From an uncultured bacterium (GTDB lineage Bacteria; Cloacimonadota; Cloacimonadia; Cloacimonadales; Cloacimonadaceae), in contig CALGPA010000002.1 of the NCBI GenBank assembly GCA_937960795.1, positions 25,458-89,457 of the forward strand: a DNA stretch of 64,000 nt. Reading direction: 5' to 3'. The notes under the pieces are model-generated. The model saw only the letters and a program-made list of their open reading frames with translations. It was not told the DNA's origin and did not search any database. The position numbers and the translations under genes are program-made. Below, piece by piece: positions 16,302-25,659 of this stretch. The first letter of the stretch is position 1, and each line of letters opens with the position of its first letter.

Positions 16302-19160
16302 CTAATCTATGATGCTGACACTGGCTCTCACGACTCCCGCTCGGATCCTTGTATGCGGCTCAAGAAGGCAATCCTTGCCGATATTTTCCTTGAGGAAAGC
16401 CAGCTGTGCAGGGCTATATCTCAGATCTCCAAAACCCTGGATCAAGATCAAGGTAGCAGGAATGGGCTCAAAGCCTGTGTTGATCACACCCTGCTCTTGC
16501 CCGAGATATTCCACAGCCTCGGCTTCCGGTATGGCTGCAGCCACGATTCCCAGGGCTCCGGAATCGGAAAGATTCTTTAAATCCTTTGCGCTTGGGCGAT
16601 ATCCCAAGACCAATATGCTGCCTTGAGAAAAGACCCTGTTGTCATCTGAGCTTTCCTGCCAGATCAGTTTGCCATGGATCGGATTTCCCCAGCCTATGCT
16701 AGCTTCGAGGCGCACTGCTTCAAAAGCAATCTCGATAGCCTTAGCCTCGTCAACACTGATTATTTCACCGGGCACATGCGCATAGTAGTTGTGGGGTTTT
16801 GTATTGTATTTGATGGTCATTTCTGCGGTTTTCTTGTCGTAGGATACGATCTCTCCGGTCGTGGGGGATTGAACCATGGCAACACTGGAGGTTGCAATCT
16901 TTTGCGCCAACATATCGCCTTGATAGACAAAGTCTCCCACACCTTTCTTGAGGTATCTGCTGATCTTTTTGGCAGGCATGGACATCTTGTCTGCGAGATT
17001 TACCATCACCGGCTTCGAGCTGTAGTCTTGGATCTCACTAGCCACCACCATGCCGTTTGAGTAGTCAATGAACTCCACCTTGCCGCGTACCGGGGATCTG
17101 AAGGGAAGATTGTGCCTGGCGTTTGGCATGGGTTGAAGCAGGATCTGATCAAAATCAATCCTATCTCCGGGATTGATGGTGAGATTGCGTCTAATATCTT
17201 CTTCAAGCGCGTCTTCACAAGCTGAGCAAGTGCGAATGACATATAGTCGAGGAGGATTGTAGCGATTCACCGCCACGATGTCTTCCGGGCTGACCTTGTC
17301 TTTGACATTTTTGAGGATGTCACCATTGTATGGCAATTCCACATCTCTGTGATAAGTATCCCGAGCGGGGATGTTGTCATTGCCAAAACTAAGGCTTGTT
17401 TCTTCCGCAGAATCTGTGTTATAGATGCTTAAGATCCGATCAAAACCCTCATGATAGCGATCCCGATCAAGGCGAGTATCAATGATGATGGGCAGATCTG
17501 TCTCAATTTCCTGCCCATCAGTGGAGCCTTGGAGCATGCACTTTTTATGTGGGGTGAGCTGGATCTTTTGCTTAGCTTGAGCGGGTAGGAGCATTACTTC
17601 ATCAGCTCTGATGGTCTTGGTCGGCTGACTATCTTGTATAAGCTCCAGAACCTTGATTCCGGTTTTCTTGGGGAAATGAGGACGAACATAGATCGCCAGG
17701 CTTTTGAGGCATTCCTTCTCGAGAAGCTCAGCTGCCAAAGCCTCATCCGTATCCATCAAGACGCCCAAATGCGGCGATATAAAGTGTCTGTCGATGGCAA
17801 GTTCGGTGATGCCGGATGGTTTGAATCCTGATATCAAGACATCAACGGATTGGAAGTGGTTTTGCGCGTGAGCAAAGACTCCGCCTGCTCCGATGACGAG
17901 GTCAATATCGCTAGGGTAGAAATAGTGCTTACTTTCATTTTGGATGTATTCAAATTTCTCTTCATACTTGTCCTGACCGTTGTTCTTGAGCGCATCCAAA
18001 TAGCCGATCTTCTCGCTATTGTAGTGCATTTCCTGATGTTGAACAAAGGAAAGCTGAATGGCGGCTTTGGCGAGTGCGTGCTCGATCCTAAACTCTGTGG
18101 TGTTCTTTGGATTAAGAGTGGGGTAGAGGGTTTTATTTCCCACATAGTTTCTCAGCTGAGTTTCGCCTATATCCGGGGGCAAAGCTGCCAGGATGCTTTC
18201 CGTGCCACTCTCGCGCATGATATTCAGGGCACTGTAGCTCATTCCCAGATTGCCGCTTACAGTCCTTTGGTAGTGACCATTGATTCGAGTGAAAATATCG
18301 GTTGTCGCTCCACCAATATCAAAAGCGATGAGATCCATTTGGCGCTTCTCTCCAAGCTTTAGGATGGATTGCAAGACACCTGCGGGAGTGGGACGGATCT
18401 GACTCTGAACCAAACTCTTTAGCTTGCTATAGCCGGGAGCTCGCTCCATCACGTTTTCCATGAATAGCTCTTGGATCTTGTCCTGACTGGGTTTAAGGTT
18501 CTCAGCGTTTAGACTGGGACGAAGATTGGGCAGGACATGCAGATCAAAGTCCTTGGAAATCATGCGCTTGATCATCTCAGCCGCATCTTGGTTGCCGGCA
18601 TAGATGGTCGGGATGCGCGCCTGTGTGCTAAACTTTGGCACAGGCTTGGCGATGCGCAGGATCTCTGCCAAGCGCAGGACTGAGGCTATGGCTCCACCAT
18701 CGATACCTCCACTAAGCAGGATCATATCCGGACGTAGATTGCGCATTGAGAGCATCTGCTCTAGGGCACTACGTTTGTCGTCAATAGCAAAGACGTCGAG
18801 GATGACTCCACCGGCTCCATATGCTGCGCGGCGAGCGCTGCTGGCACTATCAAAAAGAGTGAGTCCGATGACCAAGATTTGCAGTCCCCCACCCGCGCTG
18901 CTGGTAGATAGATATCTGATATTGGGCTCAAAGCTCAGTTTAGTAGGCGTTGCATCAGCTGCCAAAAGCGGGATACTAAGGCGTTTCTGTAGCTCCTGAG
19001 TGGATTGGAAGACTCCATGAGACACATCGCTATGCGGCTCTTCAACCGTGGTATCAGAGTGTTCTATTCCCAATAGCTTGCCCTGAGCTCTGTCGATAAG
19101 TATGGCTTTGGTGGTCGTGGATCCAATATCTGTGATCAGTATGTATTCTATATCTTTCAT
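16302..19160 (-). CDS. GlmL/MutL-like ASKHA-fold ATPase fused to a ~470-aa uncharacterised C-terminal region
   Basis: 952 aa. The N-terminus ILITDIGSTTTKAIL and a later FDIGGATTDIF are the two phosphate-binding motifs typical of the glutamate mutase L (reactivase-like) family, which is normally about 460 aa. The C-terminal half has barrel-sandwich-like strands (PVRGKVEFIDYSNG, SPTTGEIVSYD, VPGEIISVDE). I recognise no family for it. Confidence 0.5.
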   Translation of the reverse strand: MKDIEYILITDIGSTTTKAILIDRAQGKLLGIEHSDTTVEEPHSDVSHGVFQSTQELQKRLSIPLLAADATPTKLSFEPNIRYLSTSSAGGGLQILVIGLTLFDSASSARRAAYGAGGVILDVFAIDDKRSALEQMLSMRNLRPDMILLSGGIDGGAIASVLRLAEILRIAKPVPKFSTQARIPTIYAGNQDAAEMIKRMISKDFDLHVLPNLRPSLNAENLKPSQDKIQELFMENVMERAPGYSKLKSLVQSQIRPTPAGVLQSILKLGEKRQMDLIAFDIGGATTDIFTRINGHYQRTVSGNLGMSYSALNIMRESGTESILAALPPDIGETQLRNYVGNKTLYPTLNPKNTTEFRIEHALAKAAIQLSFVQHQEMHYNSEKIGYLDALKNNGQDKYEEKFEYIQNESKHYFYPSDIDLVIGAGGVFAHAQNHFQSVDVLISGFKPSGITELAIDRHFISPHLGVLMDTDEALAAELLEKECLKSLAIYVRPHFPKKTGIKVLELIQDSQPTKTIRADEVMLLPAQAKQKIQLTPHKKCMLQGSTDGQEIETDLPIIIDTRLDRDRYHEGFDRILSIYNTDSAEETSLSFGNDNIPARDTYHRDVELPYNGDILKNVKDKVSPEDIVAVNRYNPPRLYVIRTCSACEDALEEDIRRNLTINPGDRIDFDQILLQPMPNARHNLPFRSPVRGKVEFIDYSNGMVVASEIQDYSSKPVMVNLADKMSMPAKKISRYLKKGVGDFVYQGDMLAQKIATSSVAMVQSPTTGEIVSYDKKTAEMTIKYNTKPHNYYAHVPGEIISVDEAKAIEIAFEAVRLEASIGWGNPIHGKLIWQESSDDNRVFSQGSILVLGYRPSAKDLKNLSDSGALGIVAAAIPEAEAVEYLGQEQGVINTGFEPIPATLILIQGFGDLRYSPAQLAFLKENIGKDCLLEPHTRIRAGVVRASVSIID

Positions 19161-19181
19161 TTTGAACCTCTTTTAATGGTC

Positions 19182-19215
19182 TATAGACAGTATAAAGCTA
19201 TTTAGACAGCGTCAA
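19182..19215 (-). promoter_or_regulatory. putative promoter with shared 15-mer TTTATACTGTCTATA
   Basis: Minus strand TTGACG (19215-19210), 15-nt spacer, TATACT. The 15-mer (19196-19182) ends exactly 21 nt before the ATG at 19160. An identical 15-mer sits at the same offset at 26691-26705. Confidence 0.4.
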
Positions 19216-19228
19216 GAGAAAATCTTCC

Positions 19229-20362
19229 TTAGATCTCTTCGTAATGAGTTGCGATGGTCTTCATCCACTGCGGAATATCAATCTGTTGAGGACATTTGGA
19301 TAGGCATTCTTCACATTCGATGCACTTATCAGCGCGCTTCTCTTCCGGGATGAAGCCGAGATACTCCTTCTTGTTCGTCTCATAGTTTCCAAACATCATG
19401 GCTTCCGAGTATTGTCCCAGTACTGAGGGGATCGCAACTTCATGCGGACACGGCATGCAATAGCGGCACTCACTACAGAGGAAGGGGATTCTGGACAGAT
19501 ATGCCTTGCGAGCTTTTTGATACACCCGAAGTTCCTTATCCGAAAGAAGATTAGGCTTTGCATTGCTGCTTTCTTGGATGTTTTCGCGAAGCTGCTCAAG
19601 GCTGGACATCCCGGAAAGTAAAACTGTGCACTCAGGCAGACTCCAAACCCATTTTAGTGCTCGCCTGAGTGGACTTTCGTTGTTCTTTGCTTTTTGCCAG
19701 ACTTCTTCCACTTCTTCCGGGATTTGGTGAACGAGCTTACCGCCACGGAGTGGTTCCATGCTGATGACTCCCATGTCTCTGGAAGCTGCCAGTCGAAGTC
19801 CTCTTATTCCGGCTTGATAATGAGTATCCAGATAGTTGAGCATAATCTGGGTAAAATCCCAATCCCATGCTCTGGTGATCTTTGAGAAAGTCGCATAGTC
19901 ATCATGAAATGAGAATCCAGCATAGCGGATTTTGCCATCTTGTTTAGCTTTGCTCAGAAACTCTAGAACGCCAAGCTCCTTCATCTTTTGCCAAGTACGC
20001 TTGTTTAGAGCGTGCAAGAGATAGTAGTCCACATAATCCGTCTGCAAGCGGGCAAGCTGCTTGTCTAGGAAATCATCCATATCCTCTCTGGAGTTTACCA
20101 GCCAGCACGGCAGCTTTGTGGCGACAAAAACCTTCTTGCGTTCGATCTGAGTGAGGAACCTACCCAGAAAGGGCTCGGATTCTTCGTTGTGATATCCCCA
20201 GGCAGTATCAAAGTAGTTCACGCCGGATTGATATGCTTCATGTAGGATCGCGAAGCTCTTGTCTTCGTCTATCCTTCCTTGATTGTCGGTGGGGAATCTC
20301 ATGCATCCAAAGCCGAGGATGGAGAGTTTGTCCTTTGATCTGGGCATAGTGCGGTGCTTCAT
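19229..20362 (-). CDS. aldo/keto reductase with C-terminal 4Fe-4S cluster domain
   Basis: 377 aa with an AKR N-terminus (LSILGFGCMRFP, NYFDTAWGYH) and C-terminal Cys clusters CSECRYCMPCP and CIECEECLSKCP. Confidence 0.8.
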   Translation of the reverse strand: MKHRTMPRSKDKLSILGFGCMRFPTDNQGRIDEDKSFAILHEAYQSGVNYFDTAWGYHNEESEPFLGRFLTQIERKKVFVATKLPCWLVNSREDMDDFLDKQLARLQTDYVDYYLLHALNKRTWQKMKELGVLEFLSKAKQDGKIRYAGFSFHDDYATFSKITRAWDWDFTQIMLNYLDTHYQAGIRGLRLAASRDMGVISMEPLRGGKLVHQIPEEVEEVWQKAKNNESPLRRALKWVWSLPECTVLLSGMSSLEQLRENIQESSNAKPNLLSDKELRVYQKARKAYLSRIPFLCSECRYCMPCPHEVAIPSVLGQYSEAMMFGNYETNKKEYLGFIPEEKRADKCIECEECLSKCPQQIDIPQWMKTIATHYEEI

Positions 20363-20364
20363 GC

Positions 20365-22176
20365 TTACTCCTTGTGATAGAATCCGTAAATGCTTTGTGC
20401 GGTTTTTTCACCTATTCCTTTGATCGACATCAAGCTCTGAATAGATGCGGTCTTTATGTTCTGAATCGATCCCAGTTCCTTTAGGAGAGTGAACTTCGTG
20501 CTTTCTCCGATGCCCGGGATCTCTTCGAGTTCGCTAATCAATGTGCGGCGGCTGCGCCTCTGGCGGTGGAAGTTGATGGCAAATCTATGAGCCTCATCGC
20601 GGATCGTGGTCACCAATCTGAGAGCGGAAGATGATCTGGCAAGGATCACAGATTCGCCATTGCCCGGAAGAAAGATCTCTTTCGCGCGCGTGGCGAGCGT
20701 GACTATCCTGATGTCCGCGTATGAAGAATCTTTGAGAATCTCATATGTGGAGCTAAGCTGCCCTTTTCCTCCATCAATGATGAAGAGATCCGGCTTCATT
20801 TCTGGTTCTTTGTCGATCTCCAAAAGAAACCTTCGCATAGTCTCTTGCAAGGCGGCGAAGTCATTTTGGGACTGGATATCCCTGATGATGAAGTGGCGAT
20901 AGAATCTCTTCTTGGTTTTGCCATTTTCAAAGTATACTGCGCTTGAAACTGTGTCGGTGCCTTGGATCGTGGAGATATCCATGCAGACGATCTTGCGAGG
21001 AAGCTTTGCAAAACCCAGAGCTTCCTTGAGTTCTTGGATCGGGTAGATAGTGCGATTTGCTTTGCGCAGATGAGCCAGTTTCTTCTCTTCCACGAGGTGA
21101 AATGCGTTGCGCTTAGCCATTGCCAAGAGCTTGTTCTTTTCCCCTCGTTGGGGAAGAGAGAGGCGATTGTGCAGCCAGGAATTGATGCTCTCAAAGTCTT
21201 CTGGTGCAAAGGGAAGAAGGATCTCTTGGGCCAGTTCTTCTCTGTGCGCATAATAGAGCTTGAGAAAGGATGCTAGGATGCTTTCTCTGCTTTCATAATT
21301 GAGGTTTTTCAGCGGATAGTTTTCTTGATTGATGATATTGCCCTGCTGCATACGCAGGACCAAGGCTACAGCATCTTTTTCTTCTTGATAGAAGCCGATG
21401 ATGTCGATGTTTCTGCGATCTGCATAGAAGACTATCTGCCGCTTTTGAATCTTTTGGATCGCCAAGATCCGATCACGGATGCGTGCAGCATCTTCATATC
21501 GCATCTCTTCGGCAAGCGCATTCATCTCATGTGTATATTCTTGCAATACTTCCTCATACTTTCCTTCAAAAAAGCGTATGAGCCTATCCACGATCTTCAT
21601 GTAAACTTCTTGTGAGATCTTGCCAATGCATGGGGCTGTGCATTTGCCGAGTTGATAATTGATGCATGCTTTGTCAAAGACTATCTTGTCCAGTGGGATC
21701 TTCCGCTTGCAATCCCTGATGGGAAAGAGCCATTCAAAATTGCGCAGGGTACGTCTGAGCGCACGGACATCCGTATATGGCCCAAAATAGCGGGAGCCGT
21801 CTTTGACGAGATCTCGGGTGACAAAGATCCTAGGGAAGGGCTCACTCAAAGTGATCTTGACAAATGGATAGCGTTTGTCGTCTTTTAGCAGAACATTGTA
21901 CTTGGGTTGATGCTCTTTGATCAGGCTGGCTTCCAGGATGAAGGCTTCATCCTCGCTTGAAGTGACGATATAGTCCAGTGAGGCGATGCTGGCTACCAAG
22001 AGACTGGTTTTGGGATCCTTTGTAGATGTGGAGATGTAGGATCGCACTCTTTGCTTGAGCTTGATAGCTTTGCCCACATAGATCACTTGATCTTTGTCAT
22101 CTTTCCAGAGGTAGACTCCGGGACTATCCGGCAGCATCGCCAGCTTCTGTGCTATCTGCGGCGTAGGCGCTTCCAA
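20365..22176 (-). CDS. uvrC: excinuclease ABC subunit C
   Basis: 603 aa with a GIY-YIG N-terminus (PGVYLWKD...VIYVGKA), a UvrBC-interaction region, an endonuclease domain and a C-terminal (HhH)2. Confidence 0.95.
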   Translation of the reverse strand: MEAPTPQIAQKLAMLPDSPGVYLWKDDKDQVIYVGKAIKLKQRVRSYISTSTKDPKTSLLVASIASLDYIVTSSEDEAFILEASLIKEHQPKYNVLLKDDKRYPFVKITLSEPFPRIFVTRDLVKDGSRYFGPYTDVRALRRTLRNFEWLFPIRDCKRKIPLDKIVFDKACINYQLGKCTAPCIGKISQEVYMKIVDRLIRFFEGKYEEVLQEYTHEMNALAEEMRYEDAARIRDRILAIQKIQKRQIVFYADRRNIDIIGFYQEEKDAVALVLRMQQGNIINQENYPLKNLNYESRESILASFLKLYYAHREELAQEILLPFAPEDFESINSWLHNRLSLPQRGEKNKLLAMAKRNAFHLVEEKKLAHLRKANRTIYPIQELKEALGFAKLPRKIVCMDISTIQGTDTVSSAVYFENGKTKKRFYRHFIIRDIQSQNDFAALQETMRRFLLEIDKEPEMKPDLFIIDGGKGQLSSTYEILKDSSYADIRIVTLATRAKEIFLPGNGESVILARSSSALRLVTTIRDEAHRFAINFHRQRRSRRTLISELEEIPGIGESTKFTLLKELGSIQNIKTASIQSLMSIKGIGEKTAQSIYGFYHKE

Positions 22177-23714
22177 AGCGACTCCCCGGCTTCCTTGAAA
22201 TATGACAGCTTAAGCAGAATGCCCAATAGATAGAACAAAGCAAAAGAGATCAACGAGATGACGCTCACCTTGATGAGCAAGCCCGGCTTTGATTCAAAAA
22301 CTAACAAGCCATAAAGCATCCGAGCGACAAGATACACGACGGCAGAAGCAGCTATCCCTTTTAGGATATTGCTGAAGATGCTCTTGTACTCCAGCCGAGA
22401 GATCTTTTTCTTAAGAAGCCATAGCAGTGTCAGGTAGTTTACAAAGGCAGTGATCGAGGTAGATAGCGCCAAGCCTCTGTGTTGCATGAACATCATCAAA
22501 ATTAGATTAAGCAGAATGTTTAGAACTACGATGGCGGCTGCCAGCTTGACCGGCGTCTTGGTATCACCATGGGCATAGAAAACAGGGGTCAGGACTTGAT
22601 TCATGCTATAAAACATCAGTCCCAATGAATAGAATACCAAAGCCTGTGAGCTCATCAAGACCGCTTTGTCGTCGAAAGCCCCATGCCCAAAGAGGATGCT
22701 CACAAAGTCCGGCGCGAGCACGAGGATCAAGGTCGTCACGGGCAGCATGATATAGACCAAGCTAAGTGAAGTGAAGCGAATGCTCGAGTTAAGCTGATCA
22801 TAGTCTTTGGAGCTCACTAAACGGGAAAAAGTGGGCAAGACAGCCGTCCCTGCGCTTATGGCAAAGATGCCCAAGGGCAATTGCATCAGTCGATTGCCAT
22901 ATGCCAATGCCGTGATGCTGCCAATGGGCAAGAAGCTCGCCATCAATGCGTCGGCTATCAGATTGATCTCACGGATCCCGATGCCGATCATTGCGGGGAC
23001 GAATCTTTTCCAAAGAGTTGCGATTGAAGATCCTGTAAAGCGTAGAATTAGCCTTATACGATACCCGATCTTTTTTAGAAAAGGGAAGTTAACTATCGTC
23101 TGCAGCGCTCCCCCGAAAGCAACTCCCCATCCGGCAATGTAGATGAGCCTTTCGGCACTGAAGCCGAATATCCAATATGGGATTACGATGCACGCGATCA
23201 TTCCGAGATTCAGCAGCGCACTGGAAAGGCCGGTCATAAAGAAATAGTCGTGTGAGTTTAGGATAGCGATAAATGTGGAAGACAATCCGATAAAGAAAAG
23301 ATATGGAAAGATAATGCGGGTGAGCTTGATGGCGACCACTGCCGTTTCAGGAGCCAGACCCGGATATAGCATGCGCACGATGAGTGGTGCGAAAGCTATG
23401 CCAAGTCCTGTCAGGATTAGAAGAAAGAGCGTGAGAATGCTGAGCACATTCAGCGCAAAGTCTATCTGCGAATCTTTGTCCTTTTGGATCCCGATCTCAT
23501 TGTAAAGCGGTACAAACGCCGTAGATAGCGCTCCTTCGCCAAAAAGGCGCCGCAGGAGATTTGGAATATTGTATGCCACATTGAAGGCGTCATTGAGAAA
23601 GCCCCCTCCAAAAAAGAACGCCATCACCTGATCTCGCACCAGTCCCAAGATGCGGCTCAAAAACACCGCAATGCTCATCACACTGATGTTCTTAGCGAGA
23701 CGCTTCTGGCTCAT
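22152..23714 (-). CDS. murJ: lipid II flippase MurJ
   Basis: 520 aa with about 14 TMs and the MurJ-typical N-terminus SIAVFLSRILGLVRDQVMAFFFG. Confidence 0.9.
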   Translation of the reverse strand: MSQKRLAKNISVMSIAVFLSRILGLVRDQVMAFFFGGGFLNDAFNVAYNIPNLLRRLFGEGALSTAFVPLYNEIGIQKDKDSQIDFALNVLSILTLFLLILTGLGIAFAPLIVRMLYPGLAPETAVVAIKLTRIIFPYLFFIGLSSTFIAILNSHDYFFMTGLSSALLNLGMIACIVIPYWIFGFSAERLIYIAGWGVAFGGALQTIVNFPFLKKIGYRIRLILRFTGSSIATLWKRFVPAMIGIGIREINLIADALMASFLPIGSITALAYGNRLMQLPLGIFAISAGTAVLPTFSRLVSSKDYDQLNSSIRFTSLSLVYIMLPVTTLILVLAPDFVSILFGHGAFDDKAVLMSSQALVFYSLGLMFYSMNQVLTPVFYAHGDTKTPVKLAAAIVVLNILLNLILMMFMQHRGLALSTSITAFVNYLTLLWLLKKKISRLEYKSIFSNILKGIAASAVVYLVARMLYGLLVFESKPGLLIKVSVISLISFALFYLLGILLKLSYFKEAGESLWKRLRRR

Positions 23715-24808
23715 CGCCCCAAAAGTCGCTTTGTGGCCAAAAACAGATTGATCTGGATCATGCCGGGATTCACATTCCCTTCCAGCTTGCTAGTAAAGCT
23801 ATCTAAGAGCAGAAGATAATCCGGGATCCTATCTGCAATGTCCTCGTGTGCCAATTCCCTAAGAAACTCAGCTTTATCCAGATTTGTGATCGCTTCCTCA
23901 CCAAAATTGATGATTGCCAGATCATTTGCGATGATGCCGACGTAGGAGATCAGGTCTCGCACTGCATCGGAGGCTTCTTTGTGGGAATTAATATGGTTCA
24001 GATAGTCCAGATCCTGCTTGTTATGAGCCATCTCCAATAGTGCAAACGCCTTATCGCGCGAGGAAGTACCGCTGTCTTGGACGATGCGTAGAGCAGTCTT
24101 CAGATTGCCTCCGCAGATTCGTGCTGCACTTTTTGCCAAGACAGAATCCACTTGATACTGATCGAAGATGATCTTTTGAATCACCGCTTGAGACAAAGGT
24201 TTAAAATACACCGGCTGGCATCTTGAGATGATGGTGGGCAAGACTTTTGGCAATCTCTCTGTGGTAAGGATGATCAGAGTATTCGGCGGAGGCTCCTCCA
24301 AAGTCTTCAAAAAGGAATTTGCCGTTTGGACATTCATCATATCGGCGTTCTCGATGATCACGACCCGATACTGCCCTTCGTGGATGGAGAGCTCCAAGCG
24401 CTTGATGAGCAAGCTGATGCTTTCCTTCCTGATCTCTGTGGAACCGGAAAAGAAGAAGTCCTGCCAAGGGGATTCGATCTTGTTCTTGATATAAGCCTCA
24501 TACTGCTTGAGGGCTTCACTGTCCTTGATCTCTCCATCGGATGAAAGCTTTAGATTCACGGTGGGGAAGACGTAGTTAAAGTCAGGATGCTCAAAATGAA
24601 GGAATTTATGACAGGAAGAACAGACACCGCAGGGGCGATATTGGCTGCTGGACAGGCAATTGACCGCCATGCCAAAATACAGGGCGGTCATAAACTTCCC
24701 CACTCCATCGCCTCCATGAAAGAGATATGCCGAAGCGATTCTTTCTTGATCAATTGCCTTTTGCAGCAAGTCCACGACCTGCTGCTGTCCTTTTATCTTG
24801 CGAAACAT
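23711..24808 (-). CDS. holB: DNA polymerase III subunit delta-prime
   Basis: 365 aa. Degenerate P-loop is HGGDGVGK, Zn module is CGVCSSC, and the SRC motif is ISRCQ. Confidence 0.85.
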   Translation of the reverse strand: MFRKIKGQQQVVDLLQKAIDQERIASAYLFHGGDGVGKFMTALYFGMAVNCLSSSQYRPCGVCSSCHKFLHFEHPDFNYVFPTVNLKLSSDGEIKDSEALKQYEAYIKNKIESPWQDFFFSGSTEIRKESISLLIKRLELSIHEGQYRVVIIENADMMNVQTANSFLKTLEEPPPNTLIILTTERLPKVLPTIISRCQPVYFKPLSQAVIQKIIFDQYQVDSVLAKSAARICGGNLKTALRIVQDSGTSSRDKAFALLEMAHNKQDLDYLNHINSHKEASDAVRDLISYVGIIANDLAIINFGEEAITNLDKAEFLRELAHEDIADRIPDYLLLLDSFTSKLEGNVNPGMIQINLFLATKRLLGR

Positions 24809-25414
24809 CTAGATGATCGTGATCTTGCTTCTGCCGGCTTCGTCGCTGATCGAATACTCAAAGGTCCTTTTGACATACGGACTGATAAAATCTTCTGCGA
24901 GCATATCGTAGATCAAGACGTCATGATAATCACCAGCCATAAAGATGTAGTTACGGCGTTTTCCCACATATTGAAATCCCACTTTTTCATAGCTTCGAGT
25001 TGCACGTTTGTTATAGTCAACCACTTCCAAGCTGATATTATTGAGATTCATGATGTTGAAGCCATAATCCAAGATCAATTTTGCTGCTTCAGTCCCGATG
25101 CCTTGATTCCAATAGGTCTTTTCACCGATAAAAATGCCAAACTGGGCATGACGATGAACTTCATTGACCAAGTGTAATCCGCAATTGCCGATTACCTTGT
25201 TGGTGTCTTTTTCCACAATGGCAAAGATGACGCTGTTTGCCATGAGCTCTTGCAAAGCACTACGCTCTTTGTCTACATCAAAGACAACTGATGAAAACAG
25301 CATAAACTGGCCGATTTCAAGATCATTTACCCACTCAGTGTAGCGTTCTACATCACCCAAAGATACCGGGGATAGGTAGCATTTTTCTCCGACGAGCTTG
25401 CGAAAATACTTCAT
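24809..25414 (-). CDS. GNAT family N-acetyltransferase (RimJ/RimL-like)
   Basis: 201 aa with the acetyl-CoA motif region WNQGIGTEAAKLILDYGF. It starts immediately downstream of holB. Confidence 0.8.
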   Translation of the reverse strand: MKYFRKLVGEKCYLSPVSLGDVERYTEWVNDLEIGQFMLFSSVVFDVDKERSALQELMANSVIFAIVEKDTNKVIGNCGLHLVNEVHRHAQFGIFIGEKTYWNQGIGTEAAKLILDYGFNIMNLNNISLEVVDYNKRATRSYEKVGFQYVGKRRNYIFMAGDYHDVLIYDMLAEDFISPYVKRTFEYSISDEAGRSKITII

Positions 25415-25659
25415 GTTTTACCTCATAGATGTTTTACTTCACTTTGTATGTCGGCTGATTCTGTCAAGAAGATTGTGCTTGGAACCTTGATCCTGCCAAC
25501 AGCACATGTTTGATTCCGGATGAGGATATCCACTGACCAAAGATCTGTACTGTCTGCCAAAGCACAATCACAAGACCTGTTTTAATGAGCGGATCCCGCC
25601 AATATTTGCTGGAATGGAACGATATATGCAAGCGGTATTACAAAAAGAAGGAGCTGATA

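Noticed and set aside
19184-19209. Direct repeats CTGTCTA (minus strand) resembling E. coli Pho-box half-sites, next to the phoBR operon
   Set aside because: Start-to-start spacing is 19 bp, not 11 or 22. The pst promoter in this same window uses a different (TTAAC) repeat. The repeats are better explained as part of the shared 15-mer promoter region.
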